A DNA stretch of 64,000 nt from Octopus vulgaris (Eukaryota): the NCBI GenBank assembly GCA_951406725.2, contig OX597835.1, forward strand, positions 8,742,001 to 8,806,000, read 5' to 3'. The translations under genes were made by a program, and so were the position numbers. The notes beneath the pieces were generated by a model. It had not been told where the DNA came from and made no database searches. It was given only the letters and a program-made list of their open reading frames with translations. Positions 29,632 through 43,794 of the stretch are shown here, in pieces (position 1 is the stretch's first letter; each line of letters starts with the position of its first letter).

Positions 29632-30441
29632 CATATACAGAAATTCCCTCAAAGAAATTAATCTATATTCCTGTAACAGTGTGATAATAACCTTCGCAAG
29701 ATGCCACTAAAATAGCAGAAAAAAGTATTATATTAAAATATTCGAAGTTAGCGGTTAGCCATAGCAATCAGAATTTACTTTTTCTCTCTAATATTTTTTT
29801 GGAAAATATGCATAATTGACAGAAACTATGTCATTTAAAGTGACTTTTCAATTCTATTTGAGAGCAAAATGCTCACTATATGTGACATTTGTGTAAAGGT
29901 AAGAATAGAAACCCACTTGCAGACTAGGTTCGACATTGGCTTAAATCAAACTTGGAATTATCTGCGGTTTTTTAATATTTTTTATGTTTATATTTCTATA
30001 TTAATATTTTCGTAATTTTATTTTGTATTTTTTATACTTTATTTATTATATATGCAAAAATCCGGATAAGATGAAATAGAAGAATGAAATGAGGCGATGT
30101 TTATGACACATCTAATGGTATAAATGATGGGAAACTTTAACACAAACGACCAGAATTCACAACCTGCTCATATAGAATTGCTTAACCAGAAATTTAAATC
30201 TACTTAAATGCTCTTATCCATCTATAGCTAACGAATACAATTAATAGTTTCTGTCAATTATGCATGTTTTCCAAAAAAATATTAGAGAGAAAAAGTAAAT
30301 TCTGATTGCTATGGCTAACCGCTAACTTCGAATATTTTAATATAATATTTTTTTCTGCTATTTTAGTGGCATCTTGCGAAGGTTATTATCACACTGTTAC
30401 AGGAATATAGATTAATTTCTTTGGGGGTATTTCTGTATATG
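29632..30441. mobile_element. Foldback/MITE-like element with ~197-bp terminal inverted repeats
   Basis: Arms 29632-29828 and 30245-30441 are near-perfect reverse complements around a ~415-bp AT-rich core; TA-CAG...CTG-TA near the ends. Confidence 0.85.
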
Positions 30442-30900
30442 ACTTGTTTTTTTTTTTTATTTTTACACTTTTCAATTCAGTCGTTCATCTTGGAGAATAT
30501 GCTACTTTCAAAGAATATTCGTGCCAAACCAACTAGAATAACTGAAAGCAAAAGTAAATCTCCTCAAAAGATCTAGAGAACATTGGAAAATTTCTAATAC
30601 TACCGGCATATTGAGGTAATATTATGAATACATTTGGCGACTATGCGAACGAAAAAAAACATTTCGAATTCTATAGGCTGACAGATATGAAAGGATATTA
30701 GACAGGCACGAAAGGATGTGTGAGCGTGTGCGCGCGCGCATGCGTGTACAAATATACATCCGCGGGTGTACATAAGGCATTAATATTCACATGCACATCT
30801 ATGTCTCTCACTCATATTCTCACTCTTCTATTCCCTCACCCTGTTGATCTCCCCTCTTTCTCTCTCTATCTATCTATCTATCTATCTCTCACTCTCTCAC

Positions 30901-30902
<2 letters not shown>

Positions 30903-30956
<54 letters not shown>

Positions 30957-30980
30957 TATATACATATATATGTATGCATG

Positions 30981-31028
<48 letters not shown>

Positions 31029-31129
31029 CATATATATATATACATATATATATGTATATATATACACATATATACATATATATATATATGTATATATATA
31101 TGTATATATATATACATATATATATACAC

Positions 31130-31176
<47 letters not shown>

Positions 31177-31246
31177 CATATATATATATACATATATATA
31201 TATGTATATGTATACACATATGTATATATATATATATATATATGTA

Positions 31247-31278
<32 letters not shown>

Positions 31279-31301
31279 CTATATATATATATATATATAT
31301 A
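30903..31301. repeat. Degenerate (TA)n/(TACA)n array
   Basis: Directly visible. Confidence 0.95.
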
Positions 31302-31667
31302 CACGTTTGGGTTTGGTGATTGCTCCGCGTATGTGGGTGCGTTACGTATGTAATTTGAGTGTGCGTTAAATAAAAAAAAATCAGTAAAGTATACCAAAGT
31401 ATTGCCAAATGTCAAATTGAATATTTTGGTCATTTTTTTTGTCTGACAAAGAAAGGCAAAGCAGAGCGGATGGATATTATTGATTAATCTATTGATCGAG
31501 CTGTCGGACCACAAAGAACCGACACGTTGCTAGAATCATGAAAAGAAACAAAAATTGTGCCTGACTGTGAGAAAATGGTAACTTTGGCAGACAACATATA
31601 CTAATGCTTTGTTGTGCTGCATAGAACAGTTCCAATTGTAAGCTACCAGATAAGTATCCTCTCACTC

Positions 31668-31720
<53 letters not shown>

Positions 31721-31722
<2 letters not shown>

Positions 31723-32030
31723 TGTTTCTTCATTAGCCACACAGGGCTGCACACAGACAGGACAAATTACAAGGTAGAACTTTTCTTTTGTGGGTAAAAA
31801 AAAGCGATTTCGTTTTCGATCAAAAGGGATCGTAAATGGAAAGAAAGAGGACAAAAAAGGGGGAGATAAAATTTTTTTAAAAGGTGGGGGAGGAAAAAAT
31901 GCTCAACAGGGATCGTTATCACAGAAATGTCAATATGAAGTGTAAACGGGAGGACAGGTGAGGTTTATCCGTGGAAAGAAAAGCCTACGGAAAAGACCAC
32001 GATAACCTCGGTCAATGAAGTCACAAGTTA
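31721..32030 (-). mobile_element. Probable retroposon 3' end between (GATA)n arrays
   Basis: Minus-strand end ccttgtaatttgtcctgtctgtgtgcagccctgtgtggctaatgaagaaacata resembles the family C tail; (GATA)n on both sides. Confidence 0.5.
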
Positions 32031-32075
32031 TATTTCTTTTTTTTTTTGCAAATAAGCAACTAGATAGATAGATAA

Positions 32076-32138
<63 letters not shown>

Positions 32139-32149
32139 CACACATATAT

Positions 32150-32418
32150 ACGTCTGCGCCTGAGTAATCGTAGCATAGTAATTAAGCCGTTGGTCTCACA
32201 ATCACTCGATCGTTCGTTCCATTCAGAGGCCGGGCCGCGCTTTGAGTTCTTGAGCAACACCCTTCATTTCAACTTACTTCAGGCGCTTTTAATTTGTAGG
32301 GTGGAATTTTGAGCTAATCGACTAGCGAAAAGCGTGGCGTCATTCGAAGGCAAAACTACGCAAATTACATCGGGAGCAGGGATTCTGATAGTCTGGTCGG
32401 ACACATGATCACGAGATA
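32150..32418 (+). mobile_element. Old tRNA-derived SINE with the same 3' module as 59619-59923
   Basis: gtggcgtcattcgaaggc...tctgatagtctggtcggacacatgatcacgagata; degenerate tRNA head at about 32155-32235. Confidence 0.55.
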
Positions 32419-32516
32419 TCTATCTATCTATCTAATTTTTTAACCCCGAGAGGACATTCACCTCTAGCTAGTTAACGATGCAGAACTACATGAGATAAAT
32501 TTCGAACAATAACCCC

Positions 32517-32535
32517 GACTGTGTGTTCGTTCGAA

Positions 32536-32608
<73 letters not shown>

Positions 32609-32975
32609 TATATATGTGTGTGTGTGGTGAGCAGAAGCGAGCTACTGCCGTCTCTAGAACACAAGGTGTCCGGTACTGAAGTGTGGCAGAAATAGCCCGA
32701 ATTCAGGACTGGTCTACTGGTCCTGTCTCTAGAATGTGGTAAGGGTTCGCTCTACTGCTCGCAAATTATCAGATGTAGCTCTGCATTATTAAGCAACAAC
32801 AGGATATGTCTTTTGAGGTTAAGAATTCGCAGGAGAGCCCACTTGAATGGACAGCCATATGGAAATGGCTAACATATGGAATGTTACTTATCAATACAAC
32901 TACTGCGTTTGTCACTTACAGGGATCTTAGATCTAGCATATTTGCTTGTTGCAAAATCAGAGACTGTGTGTTCGC

Positions 32976-33045
<70 letters not shown>

Positions 33046-33350
33046 CGAGAAGAGACGATCTGCTATCATCACTAGCAGACAAGATGTCCAATACTGAGGA
33101 GTGGCAGAAATAGCCCTAAACCAGGAATTAAGCGCTGGAGTCATCGCTAGACGATGGAAGAAGTTCGTTCCCCTGCCTGTAATTTTATCAGATGCAATGA
33201 TTTATCGTTATCCAGTTAGAGGAACTCTCCTCTTCGGGTTAAAAAGTCGCAGTAGATTCCCTTTGGCACGGTCATCCTTGTTAAAGTGGCTACGTTTATC
33301 CCTACTGCGTTGATCTCTTAGAGAGATTTTAGAACTAGCATTTTTGCTTT
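32517..33350. repeat. Diverged tandem duplication, two ~400-440-bp units
   Basis: Collinear blocks gactgtgtgttcg-(TA)n, gtggcagaaatagccc, ttatcagatg, tactgcgtt and ctagcat..ttgctt at 32517-32947 and 32962-33350. Confidence 0.8.
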
Positions 33351-34488
33351 AACACACACACGTATACATACACACATATATATATACAGATTTCTATAGT
33401 TGAATATCTCCCCAGTTATTCATAAAGCTATAAAGTTACGTATACACGCATGCACACACACACAAACACGCACAAACACATACTCACAAATCCATCTATA
33501 TAACACCATTACAATGACGTATAAACTGTTGCTAAGCTCTTGTTAAATCGATTCTGGTTTCTCGCAAGTTTTCCTTCTTTCGCCCCTCACGCTTTAACCT
33601 TTCTTTAATACATTAATGTCTGTGAAGTTTCTGTCGAAAAATCGTGTTTAGTTGACTAAATTTTGACTGTTGTACAAAAAGAAAGCATTGTGTCCATGAG
33701 AAACTTTCAATAAAAGTGTCAAAAATTAATTTGCATTCAAATGTTTACATTACCGAAAATAACGACATCCACAAAAGTGGTCTTCTTGAATTTATTTTTT
33801 CCTAAAGAAGAATACAAATATTCACCTACAAACTGCTAATGTAGGAGGATTGTGTAATCTCAGCTCATATGGACTGCCACCTCATGTAGAAATAAAGCAA
33901 GTATATTACAAACATTGTGTAGGATGTCGGCGTAATTCCAATTGTCCTCGACTTAACAAATGTCGACTTCCTGGACATAACCTTGGACCTTTAAGCAGGC
34001 AATGATTGTTATATGCTACCACCTCTCTCAGTTATAATTTGAAACCTAGTAACAATATCAGCAGCACAATATCCAGTCTCTCAATCAACAGACAGGTCTC
34101 CAACGGAGCCGTAATTTCTCATAATGTGGCTGTATTTAGGACGATGTGATTTTACTGATATCGTAATATATATGGATGACATCCACACTCTCAAAAACGA
34201 AGTATCATTGAAAGAGAAAAATATTCCGCTTTAATCCCTATCCTATATTAAAAATTTTCATTAATATAGCTAAATGAGTATTATCACTAATTAACCTAAT
34301 TAAACAGCATTTCTTAAGAATTTATAGATACCAGGAAGTCGTTATCATGCCTCATGAGAAGACTAGATGCTCCTGCTTGCTAAATGCCCTTTTCCGCCAT
34401 TCTACAACACAACAAAAGAAAAACTAACAGCCACGCATTTTTCAGCCCGCTGTGCAATCTCTAATTGCCGGAATTCAGCTTTCTGCCC

Positions 34489-35253
34489 ACACGCAATGGA
34501 TATATTAAGGCTCATATTTAAACATTCACACGCTATCTGAAATGACCAACTGGCAATCGAAATTCAGTAATTATGTTTACGTAAAGGAAGGACGTTAAAT
34601 AACGACATTTTCTAACATAAATACTACATATAACAGAATCTTTGTCTGTGGTATACGAAGTCAATCCCACATTATCCGATGTTCGTATTAGACACTGCAG
34701 AGAGGCGACATCTAGTGACTTATAGTGGTGATTTAAGTAACACACGTACTGTTTTTAGATGTAGGTATACGGATAACTCTCCATATAGAGATCTGGAGAC
34801 AGAGAAACAGTCCAAGAAGCAACAAACACAGGGTACTCCTTACTCTCCAGATGTTCTTAATTGGCAACCAAACCACCACGCATGTAGGCCAGTATTCCGC
34901 AGTGTCCACCAAGTATATAAAAGTCCATAACTACCATTTTTACGAGAGGTACATCCTCTGATGCCCCAATAACCTGAAAATACTACACCAGGCCATTTTC
35001 ACACATAATTGCAGGGAATATAATCTCTGATGCAGGTAGAGAGATTACAGCTTCTTATCCCTCCAGTAGATAAGCTTAGCACGCAAATGCATTTGTAGAC
35101 TGAAACACGCAATGGATGTACTAAGGCTCATATTTAAACATTTACATGCTATCTGAAATGACAAACTGGCTATCGAAACTCAGCAATTATGTTTATGTAA
35201 AGGAAGGACGTTAAATAACGATATTTCTTAACATAAATACTATATGTATCAGA
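34489..35253. repeat. ~148-bp direct repeats flanking a probable decayed LINE RT fragment
   Basis: cacgcaatgga..taaggctcatatttaaacat...aaaggaaggacgttaaataacga at 34489-34636 and 35106-35253; the minus strand between them reads LVDTAEYWPT (compare LYGAECWPT). Confidence 0.7.
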
Positions 35254-35632
35254 CTCTATTCGCTAACCAAAATGACAACCCGTATCGCATTTTCTCCAAG
35301 TATTTATGTTCGTGTTCCATTGGATTAGAAGAGCAATAGCCAGAAAGCAGAAAGCTAATGAAAACTAGCTCCGGAACAGTAAAGGTTCGTTTAATTGACT
35401 ATATATTTGATGTGGATTATTCCAGTTTGGTAGCGGAAATACAGAGAATACTCTATATCGATTATTGTAAATCCGTTTCGATTAACCAAACATTGTTGTC
35501 AGGCATATCAAAAAACAAGAATTGAGCGCGAAGGGTCAGTCTCAAATATCCCTGATAAAGAATGATCAACACTGATCTTCAACACCCTTCTAGCGTGTAA
35601 AAGTAGTTTTCTCTTGTGTTTAAATACACACA

Positions 35633-35685
<53 letters not shown>

Positions 35686-35687
35686 CG

Positions 35688-35777
<90 letters not shown>

Positions 35778-35910
35778 ATAATATATATATAAAAATACAA
35801 AACGGGTCATTCGATGCCTCTAATCTTCAGTCAAGAACCGGATCATCCTTGCAATTTCGGCTGATATATATATATAAATATAAATATTACAACTTTCACA
35901 CTACCTACAT

Positions 35911-36011
35911 TCCTTCTTCTTCTTCTTCTTCTTCTTCTTCTTCTTCTTCTTCTTCTTCTTCTTCTTCTTCTTCTTCTTCTTCTTCTTCTTCTTCTTCTTC
36001 TTCTTCTTCTT
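35911..36011. repeat. (TTC)n microsatellite
   Basis: Directly visible. Confidence 0.95.
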
Positions 36012-36910
36012 TGTCTCCTTCTTTGTCTCCTTCCTTCTCCTTCCTAACTTTACCACTATTGCTGTTTAGAAAAACACCTACTGCTAAAAATATCATATCT
36101 GAAACAACAGAGGCGAAACTGTGAATATAAATTCCCCCGCAACTCCCTCATCCAAATATAGACACCACCGGAATGGTTATAAGTTTCAAGGCATGAAAAA
36201 GAAACCCAGTTAAGTCTCTACTACTTGCTAAACTCTCTCAAAGTGCAAGCAGCAACACACTTTAGTAGAAGATTCAAAATTTTATCGATCTATCGTTGAG
36301 GACAAAATACGTAAATTCCGTATATGAATTTAATTACTTCAATACAGAAATTAAGAAAGAATAATGATGATAAATCGATGGAAGAGAAATCCTGCAACTG
36401 TATTTTTCATAAGAATGAATATTTTGGTTAAGCTTTTAATACGCGTCAAAGAAAACCATCTTTCTTCTTTAGTTCTTAATTTTAATCCGAATTCCAATCA
36501 CGAACTTCCCTCTTACTCCCAACGAGAACAGAAATTGGAAACAAAATACATACATATATACATATATTTGAAAACATACATGATTAGCTATACGCAAACA
36601 TGCGATAGAATAATGAGATTCAGAATTAAAAGGGAAACATTGCGAATAACATAAACTATATATACACAGTTTGAGAACGACGTGTAGTGTGTCCACTTGT
36701 AGATTATGATATATCGAAATATAACGTTCCAAAGCCAAATGCATCTTATGTTATGCAGATTCTAACTGGTTTCCAAATGTGAGCAAACAGAAATTAAACG
36801 GAAGCAGATATTTCTCTGCATTTGGGAGCCGATTGAGTTTAGTTTGTCTGAAATGAATGAAATTTAGTTCACTTGGCATCTTTAACATTCAAGCTGTTAA
36901 ACCATATATA

Positions 36911-37143
36911 TATTTCTTTACTACCCAGAAGGGGCTACACACAGAGGGGACAAACAAGGACAGACAAACGGATTAAGTCGATTACATCGACCCCAGTGCG
37001 TAACTGGTACTTAAATTATCGACCCCGAAAGGATGAAAGGCAAAGTCAACCTCGGCGGAATTTGAACTCAGAACGTAACGGCAGACGAAATACTGCTACG
37101 TATTTCGCCCGGCGTGCTAACGTTTCTGCCAACTCGCTGCCTT
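36911..37143 (-). mobile_element. SINE family C, full length
   Basis: Family match; TSD TTAAACCATATATAT. Confidence 0.92.
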
Positions 37144-37157
37144 TTAAACCATATATA

Positions 37158-37197
<40 letters not shown>

Positions 37198-37721
37198 CAC
37201 TTGTTCGTGCGTACGTGTGTGCATGCATGTGTATGTATATATGTGTGTGTGTGTGAGAAAGAGAGGGATAGAGTATTTGAGTATTTATGCGTGTATTGTT
37301 GTGCATGTGCATGGCGTTGAAGAAATACGCCTATAAGTTTCAACAGTTCTTTCCTTAAGAGTAATTGATTAGGTTTTAAATTATTTTATTTCTTTGGAAG
37401 GTGCAGGACATCATTGTCGCAAAATCAAAACCAATGAATCTCCATCTTTTTGTATTTATCTAAAATCAGTAGTTAGCCAGTGTTGATAATAAAAATGGAT
37501 TGGATAAAAATGGTAACGGTGCTATGCACTGGCTGTTAACTCCGAACGCATAAATAGGTCGTCAAGGTTTCCCGACGTGTGATCATTCATGGCTAGGCAA
37601 TACGGCTTTTCGAACTGTAAAATAACGGCAAAACTGCAAGGAAGTTCATCTCAGTTCACGCTTTTTTAATGCAGGACGTCAACATCCAGCGGTTTGCGTG
37701 GAGCTTGTCTTATATTTTCCA

Positions 37722-38115
37722 CTAGCAGTATCGCCCGGCGTTGCTCGGGTTTGTAAGGGAAATAACTATATAAGCACTTTTAGAGAGTTATAGCCAAAAA
37801 ATAGCAAAAAAAATGCATTAAAAATGGAAAAGAAATTATGGTAATTTTTTTTAAACCGCTGACTCATCGTAGACATTTTTAGAGAGTTACTTCCCTTATA
37901 TAATAGCGTAAAATGCATTAAAATGGAAAAAAGGATGGTATATTTTTTTTTAATCATTGACTCATCGTAGACGCGCGCTAATACCCAGAAGGGCTCGATA
38001 TGAATCACGACTATAAGATACCCGGTTTTGGTTAAACTGCACTGCAAAATGTGGGAGTAGTTAGGAATCTGAATCGTAGGAGACAGACACACAACTTCTC
38101 TTTTATATATAAATA
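37722..38115 (-). mobile_element. Non-autonomous Helitron
   Basis: CTAG terminus plus hairpin; near-identical to 44207-44604 and 52775-53163. Confidence 0.85.
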
Positions 38116-39246
38116 TTTCTCTTTCATTGTTTAGTTTAAATGCAATCATGTTTCTTTAAGGTTCCATCGGTGGAGTTTGTAAACACTTGGACAATCCATG
38201 CAAATGACGTTTAAAATTTACGATCAGAATTAAAATAGAGAATTAAATTAGAGAAATATTTGTCTGCAAACTTAAATCTAAAGAACAAATTAATAGCGGA
38301 TAAGATCGAAATTACCATTTTCATTGAAGTTGTAATTGTGTTTAGAATTATGTCAGAGTTTCATATAAAATTGCTTCGAAAATCATAACTATCACTTCGT
38401 GTTCTCTTCTGCCTCCCGTTTCCAATGTATAAGACTAGAAGAAAAACCACATTTGTAACAGTAGTAGCTACAAAGGTCTTAATAACATACAAAATTTCTA
38501 ACACTTGTAGATGTAGAAATTTTGCACACAACGTTGAATACAAAGAATAATACTTTCTAGAAAAATAGCAGGACATACATATTCTTGATGCAGATTTTGT
38601 GACGTTCATTTCTGACAGTTGGGATAGGTTTACAAGTGTGAGTTGCAATCCGAATTCTATGCAGGTTTGCAAGTAAACGAAATTGACGTAAATTGAAACC
38701 AAAAATGGAGTTGTGTCAAACTGCTATGCAGCAATTTAGGTGAGAACGTCTTATGACCATTTGGATAGCGAGGTATTTTATATGGAAATGAAAGTGGGGT
38801 AATTATAATAGTAACTGTAGATATCTTGTGTGATATTTCGCTGTGCATGTTAACGGCGAACAATAAAGAAATAATGACTAACTAATATTCCTGCATGATA
38901 TACAAACAAAAAATAATTATGAAATCGAATTATGTTTTAAATTATTTTCTACTTTGATGTAATATTTCAGATGTGATATTTTATAAAAAAATTATTTAAT
39001 ATTTGGAAAATGATCGCAAATTTTAATTTTACATCAAAATATTACATGCAGGATAATTTCAAAATTATAAAAGATGACAGAAATATAATTATTTTAATTT
39101 ATCCTTCATTTCTATTCTTTTAATTCAATTAATATTTTCTCCGCGCACAAAATGAAATATGTTTTCGTAAAAAAGAAACATGGATATTAATGTATCAGCA
39201 TGTCTATATGTGTGTTCAGGAAAGTGTAGTCGTAGATGTGAATTCA

Positions 39247-39336
<90 letters not shown>

Positions 39337-40567
39337 AGTGTGTGAGCGTGTGTGTGTGTTTGGGTGTAAGCATGTGCAGATCTGTGTACATAAGTGCAAG
39401 TGTGTGAGTGTGTGTGTGTGTGCGTGCATGATACTATGTCGATACTGTATCGATGGTCCGTTTTGCAATTTCGACAAATGATTTCGATACCACATCATGA
39501 TTTCTTGATCAATTAGGCTCTATCATATACTCCTATCTACTCAAATATCCAGATTTCACTTTCACCAAGCGTTCTGATAAGATTAACAGTAAATACAAAT
39601 CGACGGATTGAAAACGCCATTCATTATAACTGGAAATCCATTTGAAGGGTTTTTTATATTTATTTAGCGTGCGAGTATATGCAGCGTACCCAGATGCATT
39701 ATCATTCAATAATCACGCAATATATCTCGGTCGTTCAACTGGAGAAATTCTTGATACACATTATTTATTTTACAGTTAATCAGATATGGCAATGTTTCTC
39801 CCTGTAAAATGATTTTATAATGAAATATTGCGGCATAAATGACAGACGAAAGTTATAGTGTAAGATAAGAATAAATTAAAGAACTTCTTGATAGTGATAG
39901 GGAATTTTGCTTAATTAAACAGTAGACGTATTTGCAGTCAGAATTTGGAATATGTGAACACCCTTGTAGTAATGGATCAAAATTAATGAGGTATGCCTTA
40001 ATGGTGTACGAGAGAAACTAAATCTGCAACTGACCTTAGAAACAGATGGTAGATTAGAATGCATTCCTAGAGGTAAAATGCTTTGTAAATAATTATTGGA
40101 GACGATAGACTGTCAGATGATGACTGTGGCATAGGTTAATACTATAGCAATAGAGATAACCAGCGTGTTTCCATTCATCCTACATCTTGACACAATTGTT
40201 TGTGATATAGTGTTCTCAAATTTATTTCAAAGATGAAAAGTGTCATTCCTCAGAGTGTCTGCACAGGGCCTGTAAAATATGATTGGTATGTATAACAAAA
40301 ATGAATTTTGGAAGTTTTAAGCTCTGCCATTAGCGATTGATTCACCAAATTGCACACATCATGTAATCTCTTTTAGGAGATCTTGAATGAGGTGCATTTT
40401 GAGAAGGATGGATGGATGAAGAAACAGCTTACTAAGAGATAATCTATTCTGACTAAATGATTATCACTACGAAGTCATCAACATTACTACGCTACAAATA
40501 AAATTACACACAAACACACACACACACACACACACATACACACACACACATATATATATATATATAT

Positions 40568-40836
40568 CATTATTAATTATGAAAATGGCGAGATCCAATG
40601 AATACAAATTAATTTAATAATTTATTAACATCTTCACCTACAACTGTCTCATTTAATTAATTAATTAATTTATATCCATTGGATCTCTCCATTTTCAAAC
40701 TATATAATAATACATGATATTTTATGGTATTTTATATAATATATTCATTGAAAAATTGCAATATATTAAACCAGTGCATCGTGGATAAAAACATATCCCT
40801 ATTAGTTTTCTAAATATCGTCATGATAAATAAATAA

Positions 40837-40840
<4 letters not shown>
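40568..40840. repeat. Inverted-repeat insert between (TA)n arrays
   Basis: 35-bp imperfect arms at 40580-40614 and 40663-40697. Confidence 0.65.
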
Positions 40841-40880
<40 letters not shown>

Positions 40881-40883
<3 letters not shown>

Positions 40884-41218
40884 ACCCCCTCCGGTCATGA
40901 ATGAGCAACGGATTGTACTTTAGAGAATCCCTTTCGGGGGTACAACACCTGGCGGGTGTGTTTGTGGATGACCAGCAATAGACTATGTGTATAATACTCC
41001 CATCTCTACACCACCGATGTTATGAAGGGAAGAGGGAAAGGCCGATAAAACTTGACGCGAGTGACATCGCAACTCATGTCTACAGCTGATTGAACTGGAT
41101 CAGTGTCAAATAAAGTGTCTTGCTCAAAGAGCACATCACACAGCCCGGTCTGGGAATCGAACTCAAAAAGCTATGATTATATTTCCTATGCTCTAACCGC
41201 TGAGTAATGCGCCTTCAC
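40881..41218 (-). mobile_element. SINE family D, old diverged tRNA-derived copy
   Basis: Minus strand begins gtgaaggcgcattactcagcggttagagc...gagttcgattcccagaccgggc (A/B boxes, head related to family B) with a different body. Confidence 0.7.
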
Positions 41219-41975
41219 ACTTATGCATACATACACATACATACACGTATATACATACATACATACATACATACACACATACATACATGCACACATACAT
41301 ATATGTAAATATAAGTATATATATATATATATATATAATTAAGTATTAAACTGAATATCAAAATATAACCCAGCTATCTATGTAATCATAAATTTGTTTA
41401 ATTTGAACAGCGGGCAGCACCACCATACATAATCGATTTCCCAAAACAATAAACGTGAACGAACAAGAGAAGATAGTAAAATATTACAGACAATATTTTA
41501 TAGCAGATAATATTCTATCAAATTTCTAATTACCTTCTTCAGCCCATCTTTCAATATCAAATTTTAAGAATCATTTTCTGCTTTCTTTGCACCATTTCCT
41601 CTCTCTCTCTTCTTTTGTTATTGATTACTGATAACGATCAATACCCACTAGAATTTAAACATAAGTCTGACGACATTTCAATCTCGCGTTATAAAATTTC
41701 CTATTAAACTATATTCCATTTATCATTTTTTTGTGCATTTTTTATTTGCAAACCTACTTAAGGTAGCTACCGAAACTTAATTGGTAGCGACAAATGATGC
41801 CTCTATGACGACGGTCTAGTGGCCTGGCCTGCTAGAAATAGCAAATAACAGCTAAATTACTCCTAAATCGCTTCCTACAAACATATACATATACATATGT
41901 ATGGCAAATGAAAGATGGGAGATGAAATATATGAGATTTTATTATTGAGCAAGAAAATTGGTTCCACACAAGTAG

Positions 41976-42043
<68 letters not shown>

Positions 42044-42132
42044 GTGACAATTATTCGGTAGCCATGATAAAAATTCCCTATTTACATAATATCGAAGTCT
42101 CTTTCATTCTTTTCTTGCCTTACCATATGTAT

Positions 42133-42174
<42 letters not shown>

Positions 42175-43794
42175 TGTATATCAGTTAACAACGTATAACT
42201 TTGTATTCGATCACGTGCTGTGGCGCAGTGCTGTGTACTCTGGTGGAGTACAACACTCAGAATCAGAAATGATCAGAGGAAATAAAATAGAAAGAGAAGT
42301 GAGCTGCTTAGGCAGCAATATTCCATATAAGGTAATACTTCCTATGTTAAGTGTAGACAGGGACGGTTTGAATTTATAATCCACCTCGAATCCAGAAACA
42401 GTAAAGCTGCTGACCTGGACTTCTTCAGAAATATGAAGAAAAAATCATCATTAGATTCCTATTAACGACAACAAAGAGAGGATGGTCACGATTGGATATG
42501 TGTTAACAATTGTTCTTGTGAATCATGCATCACTTTCACCCAAACAATTATAAGAGGTGATGCCATATCTCCATCGTGGAACGTTGTATGTGTTAGAATA
42601 ATTCGCCAATAAATATTTGTGGCATTCTAGATTACATCGTGAATAAAAATATATTCAATACATTGCAATAATAAGATTTTGAAACTTTTCAATATTTACT
42701 GATGCATTATTCATACAGCACGTGGTAAAAAAAAACAACAACAACTGTAATATCAAAACACTGTTATTATTTTAAAATCTCATATTAAATATTTTATTAG
42801 ATGGCAGGAAGGTGTGGCTATTTGAAAGAATTGCTATAGTAATGAAATATTTGATAAGCCATAAAAAGGAAAAGGAAAGACAGACAAGCATAGCTTCAGA
42901 AAGAATTGGGAAAAACGACTGTGTTAAATTCTATACGTTTTTATGTCATTACGTAAATTTGTATTCCACGATACTTCATTATGAATGCAGAACGGAGAAC
43001 CGCTTAGTTTTTACAAGGAGACTAATCTCCTTGTTTATAAAGAGAGGATATAGTTTGTCATTGAACACATTGGGCCTTATACACCGAAAGAAGCCGCATT
43101 GAAGTTAGTGACGTGGATATATTCAGAAACGTATATACACATGAATAGAAAGCATTTCTTTTAAAGTTTTAAGCAACATTAAACCGGTTCTTTGCAGAAC
43201 TTATGAAAAAGTAGTCCATAACGTCATTAACAAGAGATCTAACATTCATTTCTGACATTCATTACGTTTAAAACTCGCCTGAATTTGTCTCTCTTACTTG
43301 TTGAGAAGCCCTGAGAACAGCATGACTCATCGGGGATTACTGATTTGAAATATAATATAATTATAGATACTTAACTTAATCCAGAATTACACTCCTTAAC
43401 ATTAACTTACATATTGTTCGTCATTTCACTGCTGTCCCTGAATTAATACTGCATTGATCATTTCTCTTTACCGTTTAACACTCTCAAAGCCGCTTACCGC
43501 CACGCCAAGACATAGTCTGCATTATTGGGGTTATCCGAATTCTATGGTACCAAATGTCTTAGACGAAATAAGCATGTATAACGTTCTATTACTCTCTCTC
43601 TCTCTCTCTCTCTTCACACACACACACATGCACGCATACACACATACATTCACACACACACACACACATACATATATATATTAATAAGAAATTGGAGGCG
43701 ATCAGTAGGTGGTTCATCGACTTTTACACATTATATTATGTTAACTTATTTACTTACTAAACTGATAATTATGGTAATACACATACATATAACA

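Noticed and set aside
41520-41545. Minus-strand CTGAAGA-AGGTAATTA-GAAA
   Set aside because: Stems I, II and III are not convincingly paired.
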